IMG/VR virus record: IMGVR_UViG_3300020214_000017
Location: 1-54,570 of that record
Origin: a virus
Taxonomy: Duplodnaviria; Caudoviricetes
DNA length: 54,570 nt
Direction: 5' to 3' (one strand)
The position numbers were made by a program, and so were the translations under genes. The notes under the pieces were generated by a model. The model did not search any database. It was given only the letters and a program-made list of their open reading frames with translations, and had not been told where the DNA came from. This document shows, in pieces, positions 47,521 to 54,570 of the stretch. How positions within the stretch are numbered: the stretch's first letter is position 1; each line of letters begins with the position of its first letter.

Positions 47521-47949
47521 ATGTCGGATACGTCAAATGAAAATGAAGATTTTCGTGACAAAGAATCTTTTAATGAGCATTATGACAAAGGTGAAATAAT
47601 GGGGTTTTTGGCTGAGTTTGTAAAAGATGGTCGCCATGCCGAAAAAATGTTCCGTGAAAATTTTTGTGAACTCGTTGTTAACAAGGTGTTTTATGATTTT
47701 GGTTATGAAGGCCTTTGCAATTTAATGATTCATATCGATACCCGAGCAAAATGGATTTCTGATATTTTGATTGAAAACTCTGACTTTGATGACATTCTTT
47801 TCAAAAAATACGGCATATATGATTCCGATGTGTGCGATAAGGCGCGTGATACGGAAGCCATGATGGAGATGAATAGCAAAATATGGCGCCTTAGAAAGAA
47901 ATATGCTCCAGTGATTGTTGATGAAATTATGCTGAAATCAGGCGAATAA
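47521..47949 (+). CDS. Hypothetical protein
   Basis: GAGGA SD. Confidence 0.65.
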   Translation: MSDTSNENEDFRDKESFNEHYDKGEIMGFLAEFVKDGRHAEKMFRENFCELVVNKVFYDFGYEGLCNLMIHIDTRAKWISDILIENSDFDDILFKKYGIYDSDVCDKARDTEAMMEMNSKIWRLRKKYAPVIVDEIMLKSGE

Positions 47950-47953
47950 TTAC

Positions 47954-48208
47954 ATGTCTTATTCACAAAACGCAGAAACCATTGAATCAATGGAGGCGTT
48001 GTTGAAACACGTGGCTGAATTAAACAGCAAATTACGCGAAAACGGGGTCCTTAACGGGCGCGGTAAACAGTGGCTCGACGCCAATATTCCCAATTGGAAG
48101 TCCTCGGTCGATGGCCGGGTGGAGGTTAGCGATACGAGATTTGGCTTCCCCAAGGTTTTCCCGAGATTTAGGCAGGACCCCGAACTCTTTAATCGCCCCC
48201 AAAATTAG
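47954..48208 (+). CDS. Hypothetical protein
   Basis: ORF in operon. Confidence 0.55.
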   Translation: MSYSQNAETIESMEALLKHVAELNSKLRENGVLNGRGKQWLDANIPNWKSSVDGRVEVSDTRFGFPKVFPRFRQDPELFNRPQN

Positions 48209-48317
48209 GCCAGCGGGACATTAAAACCTCGTACCACAAATACCTTATTTGCCAGGTTGTTTTTTGGCGGTTTCAAAGATAGGGTGTTTTGCCTAATTAT
48301 TAAAGGATTAATTATTT

Positions 48318-48518
48318 ATGACAAATTTTAGCGATTTAAAACGCGACGGCGTAATATCTCGGGGTCGAAAGGCTCAAAATAAGCCAAAATCAAACACCGA
48401 TAAGTACCGGATTCGGGCTGAGGCTCGACGCAGGGCATCGTTGGTTTTACAACATAACCACCGGGAAGAGTTTGAGTTGCTTGTCCAGCAAGAACTAAAT
48501 GGGCTGATTTCGGCCTAA
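48318..48518 (+). CDS. Small basic protein
   Basis: AAGGA SD; EARRRA..VL.H.H.EEF. Confidence 0.6.
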   Translation: MTNFSDLKRDGVISRGRKAQNKPKSNTDKYRIRAEARRRASLVLQHNHREEFELLVQQELNGLISA

Positions 48519-48597
48519 ATGGGCTAGTTTTGGCGGCTAAAAAAAATATTCTAAATAGGTTGTTTTCTACAACTAGCGACAGTAGAGTATAAGAACT

Positions 48598-49437
48598 ATG
48601 AAAAATAAAACCTCAATATCACCAGAAATAACGGCTTCAGTAGAACTTATTACTCCAGCCGTAGCAAAAAAAATGCTCGATGGGAACATGAACAATCGCA
48701 AGTTGCGCAAGTTCCGTGTCGCTCAATATGCCGATGCCATGAGGCGAGGTATGTGGGACATCCAAAACGACGCAATCACCATCTCCCAGTCAGGCAAATT
48801 GTTGAACGGTCAACACCGTTTGACAGCCATTGTCGAAGCAGACCAAGCATGCCAATGCCTCGTTTTGCGCGGAGTAGATGAAAGCGCTTACGCAGTTATT
48901 GACTCCGGCCTTGCCCGTACGGTCAATGATTCGTTGCACGCGGCTGGGCTGGGTCTCAATTCCACCCACATGTCGCCGATGGCCAAAACCTTGATTGCCA
49001 TGGATGCTGGTTTGAGCATTTATGACACCAACGCTCTTGCCTTGGTACAACGCCGAGATGTTGTTGAGTATGTAGAAGCCAACAACGAAATGTTGACTTG
49101 GGCTTTGCATCTTGCGCGAAGAGTAGACCTCGCAGTTGGCGGAATTCGTCATGCATGGGGCGTATTCGCAATGCTCGCGGCTCAAAAACATAGCAGAGAA
49201 AAAGTTGAAGAATTCGTGACCCTGGTTATCGATGGCGTCGGCCTCAAGCCAGGCGACTCACCGCTTGCTTTGCGGAATTGGATTTCCCGTCAAAGGGGTT
49301 CTTGGCACCGCGCCGCTAGCAAAAACAACATCGCCATTTATATCACATCATTCAACAGGTGGCTAACGGGTGAAAAGGTTTCGGTTGTACGCCCATCCGG
49401 CGAAACCTGGGATACTTTCCCCCAAATTGTTGACTAA
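48598..49437 (+). CDS. ParB/Srx-like N-terminal domain protein
   Basis: ITP..AK.ML..N.NNR...YA.AM..G.W...LLNGQHRL.AIV...IDSG..R; TTGTTT-17-TAGAGT upstream. Confidence 0.75.
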   Translation: MKNKTSISPEITASVELITPAVAKKMLDGNMNNRKLRKFRVAQYADAMRRGMWDIQNDAITISQSGKLLNGQHRLTAIVEADQACQCLVLRGVDESAYAVIDSGLARTVNDSLHAAGLGLNSTHMSPMAKTLIAMDAGLSIYDTNALALVQRRDVVEYVEANNEMLTWALHLARRVDLAVGGIRHAWGVFAMLAAQKHSREKVEEFVTLVIDGVGLKPGDSPLALRNWISRQRGSWHRAASKNNIAIYITSFNRWLTGEKVSVVRPSGETWDTFPQIVD

Positions 49438-49515
49438 GACTGACTTCGTTTCACTCGATGAAACGAGTTGGGGTCAAGAGTAATTGAATTGACAAGTTCG
49501 GTCACGTCGGGTTGT

Positions 49516-49563
49516 TGCATGCGACGAGCCAGTTTTTCACCAACTAGGTTCGTTGCAAGCAAA
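49516..49563. terminator. Long hairpin between convergent genes
   Basis: TTGCATGCGACGAGCCAGTT...AACTAGGTTCGTTGCAAGCAA. Confidence 0.55.
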
Positions 49564-49588
49564 TTTACAGGACTTTTACTTTTCTTCT

Positions 49589-49816
49589 TCAACTGATTTT
49601 AAACCAATTCTTCGTTTTTGCCCAAAAACTTTTTTTGGCTTGAACTTCGTTCGGTGTTTCAGCAAGCAAGGTCTTTACTTCGTCCGGTTCGGGAATATCG
49701 ATTTCGATTTTCTCGATTTTTGGACGTGGCTTTTTTGAACGTGGCTTTTTTGGGGCCGATGCCGATTTTGATTTCGGCGCCGTTTTCTTTTTTACAGATT
49801 TTTTGTTTTTGCTCAT
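49589..49816 (-). CDS. Lys-rich small protein
   Basis: MSKNKKSVKKKTAPKSKSASAPKKPRSKKPRPK. Confidence 0.5.
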   Translation of the reverse strand: MSKNKKSVKKKTAPKSKSASAPKKPRSKKPRPKIEKIEIDIPEPDEVKTLLAETPNEVQAKKSFWAKTKNWFKIS

Positions 49817-49875
49817 AACAGGAGACCCTAGTACATTATCCCTCACCCATCTTGCAACTATTGTAATGTGCCTAC

Positions 49876-50499
49876 ATGGATACGTACGACAACCCTTTTT
49901 CAAAGATTGCCTTGACACTCACGGCAACTCAAGTCGCCAAAAATATGATTACCAAGGCCGAAGGGGTGGGCGAAGACCTTTCTTTTAACTTTTTTGCTTG
50001 GCGGGGAGATATCCCCATTTTGTGTGTTCAACTCGAATCAAAATACATGAAAGAACCTCACGAAAAAAGATTTTATAGATGTAAAGATTTGATAGATATT
50101 TTGAGATTCAAAGTAAACGTAACGTCTTTGACGTTTATATGCGAAGGATATGTGGCTCCAATTCCCCAGCAGAAAGAACTTTCTATTGCTTTTATCGAAC
50201 CATACTCAGGGGTAAAGGAGTGTCTGACCGTAATTCATTGTGAAGAAAATTCTTATGGGCCGGCTGATATGTATTTGTTTTCTATGCCTTATTCCTATGG
50301 TCTGGGTAAGCACGTTATTTGGGGTAATTTGATGGAATTTTCGCAAAACGCTATTGATACCATCAAAAATTATAAATATCCAATGATGATGCGAAATGCC
50401 TTTAGCCACAAAATTGATAAAAACAATACCGACCCAGGGGTTGACGATTTGGTCTTGGGCAAAATTGTAGATTGCGGATTTTTAATACAGCAGTTTTAG
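49876..50499 (+). CDS. Hypothetical protein
   Basis: 207-aa ORF. Confidence 0.65.
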   Translation: MDTYDNPFSKIALTLTATQVAKNMITKAEGVGEDLSFNFFAWRGDIPILCVQLESKYMKEPHEKRFYRCKDLIDILRFKVNVTSLTFICEGYVAPIPQQKELSIAFIEPYSGVKECLTVIHCEENSYGPADMYLFSMPYSYGLGKHVIWGNLMEFSQNAIDTIKNYKYPMMMRNAFSHKIDKNNTDPGVDDLVLGKIVDCGFLIQQF

Positions 50500-50547
50500 A
50501 ACCCCAAGTCATCCTTTGGTTTTTTAAAAAGGGACATATAATTGTTT

Positions 50548-50859
50548 ATGGTTTTCTATAAGAATGATTTCCTTCGGTCTTATACAATTGGTGATAACAT
50601 AAAAGTATCGCCAGCCGATAGACAGCCCTGCCCGGTCTGCGGTCACCCTACCGGTGATTGTATTGGCGACTCAGGTAAACCAAATCATATCATTGGGTTT
50701 GGTACTGACCAACCCAATCCCGAGGCACAACAATTTTTGGTTGAAGAAGATGTGTTTGTCGAGCGGCAATTAACCCCAACCGTAAAAACCAAGATTCTTG
50801 TCGTGCCTGCGGGTAAAATAATTTCTGTGGCAGAAGCCCAAAAATTAGGATTAATTTAG
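50548..50859 (+). CDS. Hypothetical protein
   Basis: CPVCGHPTGDC; TATAAT 5 nt upstream. Confidence 0.6.
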   Translation: MVFYKNDFLRSYTIGDNIKVSPADRQPCPVCGHPTGDCIGDSGKPNHIIGFGTDQPNPEAQQFLVEEDVFVERQLTPTVKTKILVVPAGKIISVAEAQKLGLI

Positions 50860-50919
50860 ACTCTTTCTGTATTTTGGGCTGTGCTACCCTAGAAAACCTT
50901 CAATATTTTTACGGGGGAA

Positions 50920-52842
50920 ATGATGCTAGAACAATCTTTTGTCGACTCTTATGCAACAAAGCAACCACCCTGGGGTTTTGGCGGTCTCGGCGAGATAGTT
51001 TTCTTGCGCACCTATAGCCGCAAAAAAGAAAATGGCAACAACGAAACGTGGCCAGAGACCCTACAAAGGGTTATTAACGGCGCCATTGATGTCGGCGTAC
51101 CTTTGACAAAAAGGGAAGCAGAAACGCTTTTTGACCACTGCTTTAATCTGCGATGCTCGTTTTCGGGTCGCTCTTTGTGGCAGATGGGCACCCCTCTTGT
51201 AAAAAATTTTAATGCCACATCTTTGAATAATTGTTATTTTACCAATATCGAAAAAATTAAAGATTTTGAGATGCTCTTTGAATATTTAATGCTTGGTGGC
51301 GGCGTAGGTTTTTCGGTCGAGCGAGCGAAGATTCACGATTTGCCCAAAGTAAAAGGCGGTGTAAAAATTTCTCACGAACGTAGCAACGATGCTGACATTA
51401 TTGTTCCTGATTCGCGCCATGGCTGGAAACGCCTACTTCACGCCGTTCTTAAATCATATTTTGATACCGGAGCCTCTTTTACGTATTCAACAATTTTAGT
51501 CCGTGAATACGGTGCACCGCTAAAGACATTTGGCGGCACCGCGAGTGGACCCGGTGCGCTCATAGAGGGTGTTGTAGATATTTGCAAAGTGATGGATAAT
51601 CGAGTCGGTAAAAAATTGCGTTCAGTAGATGTGCTTGACATTTGCAATATTATTGGGCGGATTGTTATTTCTGGGTCATCGCGTCGCTCTGCGCAAATTG
51701 CGATAGGCGACCCAGACGATGTGTTGTTTATTCGCGCCAAGAACTGGTCATCAGGGTCTATCCCTGGATGGCGGGCGAACAGCAATAATAGTATTTACGC
51801 AGACTCTTACGATGAGATTATGCCCGAACTATGGAAAGGTTATGATGGTTCTGGTGAGCCGTATGGTTTCGTAAATCGAAAATTGGCACGTAAATATGGT
51901 CGCCTGGGGGAGTCAAAAACCGATTCGTCAATTGAGGGTTTCAATCCGTGCGCTGAAATAGGTCTTGCCGACGGGGAATCGTGCAACCTGGCGACAATTT
52001 TTTTACCAAACGTTGAATCCAAAAAACAACTAAACGAAATTTCCATTCTTTTGTACAAAGTGCAAAAACATATCACGACGATGTCATACCCGTATGAAAA
52101 AACAACGGACATTGTGCAAAAAAATTCCCGTCTCGGTCAGTCGATTACGGGCATTTTGCAATGTTCAGATGAACAAATATCTTGGCTGGACCATACCTAC
52201 AAGCACCTTGAAGATTTTGATATCCAATGGAGCAAGGAACATGGTTTGCCAAAATCGGTGCGACTTACTACTGTTCAGCCCTCGGGAACGCTGAGTCTTT
52301 TGCCCGGCGTAACACCAGGAATCCACCCTGCATATGCGCGCTTCTATATACGCCGCGTTCGTTTTGGTTCGTCCGACCCGCTTGTTGATGCTTGTCGTAA
52401 ACGCGGGTACAGGGTGCAATGGGATATTGGTCTTGATGGGCGGGAAGACCATACACGATATGTGGTCGATTTCCCCTGTGGGTCGCCCAATAACGCTATT
52501 TTGGCCAACGAAATGACTGCAGTTCAACAATTGGAGTGGGTAAAGAAAATGCAAGCAACATGGGCCGATAACGCCGTATCGGTGACCGTTTACTACAAAT
52601 TGGAAGAATTACAAGAAATCAAGGATTGGCTATCAAAAAATTACGACTCATCCGTTAAGTCTGTCTCGTTTCTTCTGCATACGAACCATAATTTCCCCCT
52701 TCCTCCGTACGAGGAAATTTCCGAGGATGACTATTGCAAGGCAATAGCCAAAATTGACCTTTCATATCCACTAGTCCATGCGTCATTTGACGGCGAGTTG
52801 CCTTTAGATGATTGTGCGGCTGGGGTTTGCCCTGTTAAATAA
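50920..52842 (+). CDS. nrdJ: Class II (B12-dependent) ribonucleotide reductase
   Basis: RTYSR, LNNC, GGGVG, RRSA, NPCAE, TTVQPSGT, C-terminal CAAGVCP; no small subunit nearby. Confidence 0.9.
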   Translation: MMLEQSFVDSYATKQPPWGFGGLGEIVFLRTYSRKKENGNNETWPETLQRVINGAIDVGVPLTKREAETLFDHCFNLRCSFSGRSLWQMGTPLVKNFNATSLNNCYFTNIEKIKDFEMLFEYLMLGGGVGFSVERAKIHDLPKVKGGVKISHERSNDADIIVPDSRHGWKRLLHAVLKSYFDTGASFTYSTILVREYGAPLKTFGGTASGPGALIEGVVDICKVMDNRVGKKLRSVDVLDICNIIGRIVISGSSRRSAQIAIGDPDDVLFIRAKNWSSGSIPGWRANSNNSIYADSYDEIMPELWKGYDGSGEPYGFVNRKLARKYGRLGESKTDSSIEGFNPCAEIGLADGESCNLATIFLPNVESKKQLNEISILLYKVQKHITTMSYPYEKTTDIVQKNSRLGQSITGILQCSDEQISWLDHTYKHLEDFDIQWSKEHGLPKSVRLTTVQPSGTLSLLPGVTPGIHPAYARFYIRRVRFGSSDPLVDACRKRGYRVQWDIGLDGREDHTRYVVDFPCGSPNNAILANEMTAVQQLEWVKKMQATWADNAVSVTVYYKLEELQEIKDWLSKNYDSSVKSVSFLLHTNHNFPLPPYEEISEDDYCKAIAKIDLSYPLVHASFDGELPLDDCAAGVCPVK

Positions 52843-52874
52843 AAGTTTTATGGCCCGCAGTAAAGTGATTGCCC

Positions 52875-53678
52875 ATGAACCGACAAATAACCCTTACAAA
52901 AAATATTGATATTGGTTATATACCGCCGACCCCGATAACAAAATATTTCAATTGTTCCTACTTGGCAGAAGTGGGTCAGAAACTAATTGCGCAAGCAAGC
53001 AGATACGGGTTTCCAATTAGTTATGCCCAGGAGCAAGATGGAAAATTAATTCAAAATATTTTCCCAATAAAAAAAACTGAAACATTACAAATATCAACGT
53101 CATCAAAAATCGAATTAGGCCTACATACAGAGGCGGCGTTTCATCCATACAAGCCATCGGCGGTTCTTCTGTTGTGCCTTCGCGGCGACACAAATGCCAT
53201 AACTACCTATGCTTATGTTGATGAAATTATCAAGCATTTAACCCAGTCAACAATTAAAACCCTAAGTCAACCGTGGTATCTTACTTCTATTGACGAAAGT
53301 TTCCGCCAAAACGGTGAGCCAGATTTTGAAATCCCATGTTCTATTTTAAGAACGATACTTGTTTATCAACGGCCGGTTTATGAATTGACATACGACGAAG
53401 TTGCAATGAAGGCCATAAATAATCAAGCGGGGGATGCATTAGAAGAATTTAAAAATGCTGTCAAAAAATCAGTACATGAAATTATTTTAGAGCCTGGTGA
53501 CTTATTGGTTTTTAATAATAAGACGACAGTTCATGGTCGACGTTTATTCGAAGCCAAATACGACGGAACAGATAGGTGGCTTCAAAGAATTTTGGCGATT
53601 GATTCTGCTGTTCCAAGACAGCATAAAGTGGGTCATACAATCGTGACAAAATTCGGCACAAAAATTACGGCTCGATGA
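52875..53678 (+). CDS. TauD/TfdA (clavaminate synthase-like) Fe(II)/2OG dioxygenase
   Basis: LHTEAAFH..KP..LLLCLR; L.PGDLL..NN..TVHGR..F..YDGTDRWLQR. Confidence 0.85.
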   Translation: MNRQITLTKNIDIGYIPPTPITKYFNCSYLAEVGQKLIAQASRYGFPISYAQEQDGKLIQNIFPIKKTETLQISTSSKIELGLHTEAAFHPYKPSAVLLLCLRGDTNAITTYAYVDEIIKHLTQSTIKTLSQPWYLTSIDESFRQNGEPDFEIPCSILRTILVYQRPVYELTYDEVAMKAINNQAGDALEEFKNAVKKSVHEIILEPGDLLVFNNKTTVHGRRLFEAKYDGTDRWLQRILAIDSAVPRQHKVGHTIVTKFGTKITAR

Positions 53679-53910
53679 ATATGCACTCGCCCGGACATTC
53701 CTCCGCGGCTTCTATTACGTCATCCAGCCTGTCGTCGGCGAAAGAAGCGGTGCCAGCGGCGCCTTCTGGGTTGCCGCGCGCTTTCGAAAATATCTTGCCA
53801 TTCTCCTGAACGTACGCCAATCCATCCTCCAGCATGATGAACACATCGGGGGCGATTTCCACGCATAGTCCATCGCCAGTACATAAATCTTGGTCAATCC
53901 AGACTTTCAT
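53665..53910 (-). CDS. Single-cluster ferredoxin
   Basis: DQDLCTGDGLC.EIAPDVF...EECPGECI. Confidence 0.9.
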   Translation of the reverse strand: MKVWIDQDLCTGDGLCVEIAPDVFIMLEDGLAYVQENGKIFSKARGNPEGAAGTASFADDRLDDVIEAAEECPGECIFIEP

Positions 53911-54032
53911 CTTCCCAGTACCATCTGTTTGTAATTTCTGGGTCGTATACGTATTCCTGTAGGTTTTCTGGGTCGTATGCGTTCGGCTCAGTCATTGCCT
54001 GAGCCTCGCCATGCATTCTGCCTTCATGATGT

Positions 54033-54359
54033 TCAAATCACTGATGCAGACTCGTTTTGCATTGTAAATTGTTTTATTTCTGCCCACCTAATGTCGTATT
54101 TTGATGCAAACAAATCAAACTCTGACGAAAGTTTATTACCTAAACCTTTGCCGCAAAGTTCAGAAATAAATTCACGAAATGATTCAGAGTTTGTTTTAAA
54201 TACGGAAGATAAACCAGTAACTGGATTTTTAATCCGAACATACTCTGCATTTATCATTGGCTGCATCAACGTATAGTTTGAGTTACAGGCACCTTGAAGA
54301 AGCAACTCTTCAGTTGTTTTTGTTTCTTCGCGTTTCTTTTTTTTAGATAATCCAGGCAT
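54033..54359 (-). CDS. Hypothetical protein
   Basis: ORF in operon. Confidence 0.5.
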   Translation of the reverse strand: MPGLSKKKKREETKTTEELLLQGACNSNYTLMQPMINAEYVRIKNPVTGLSSVFKTNSESFREFISELCGKGLGNKLSSEFDLFASKYDIRWAEIKQFTMQNESASVI

Positions 54360-54361
54360 AT

Positions 54362-54568
54362 TTATTCTTCGTCATCTGGGTCATCATCCAATAAGTCCAA
54401 GTCGGTCGGTTCGTCCTTATGGTTACGACCCGTCGAAATCATAATCCCGGCGAGCGTGCCCGTGATGAAGGTCGCGACGCTGGACAGCACGCTGAAGAAC
54501 ATCTTGTCGTTCTCCGCCTGCGCGCCTATCGGTTGGGTCACGAAGACCAGCGCGTAGAGGACGCCCAC
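54362..54568 (-). CDS. Membrane protein, 5' truncated by window
   Basis: Two TM segments; ATFITGTLAG. Confidence 0.6.
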   Translation of the reverse strand: MGVLYALVFVTQPIGAQAENDKMFFSVLSSVATFITGTLAGIMISTGRNHKDEPTDLDLLDDDPDDEE

Positions 54569-54570
54569 GG

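Noticed and set aside
49440-49475. Hammerhead-like CTGA...GAAAC hairpin
   Set aside because: No CUGANGA core or three-stem junction; more likely a terminator hairpin
53935-53978. 14-bp direct repeat TTTCTGGGTCGTAT
   Set aside because: Explained by a YDPE repeat in a possible short minus-strand ORF; only two copies

Overview
Segment of a large dsDNA phage, most likely infecting Actinomycetota. Evidence: two WhiB genes, widespread leaderless starts, and an actinobacterial-type ferredoxin and SSB; Acidimicrobiia is a guess. Layout: (1) 1-7.1 kb regulators, replication-associated proteins and a MoxR AAA/VWA pair. (2) About 6-27 kb is an array of small, mostly unknown genes in cassettes. Each cassette starts with one of 24 near-identical 29-bp sigma-70-type promoters (TTGTCT-17 nt conserved spacer-TANNNT), usually 6-7 nt before a leaderless ATG. 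A second, strand-polar motif (CCACCACCG, 15 copies) is interspersed. Two promoters instead feed twin structured leader RNAs predicted to form a pseudoknot. (3) SNF2/HARP helicase, HDAC-family deacetylase and SSB. (4) A 3177-aa multi-domain protein whose modules are separated by a recurring G-[LFI]-x-S linker, suggesting a polyprotein. (5) A G-rich non-coding gap, nucleases, primase-helicase, WhiB, lytic transglycosylase, DUF932, ParB-like protein, class II RNR, Fe/2OG dioxygenase and ferredoxin. No tRNA, rRNA or CRISPR array was seen. All family calls come from recognising motifs by eye, not from database searches.
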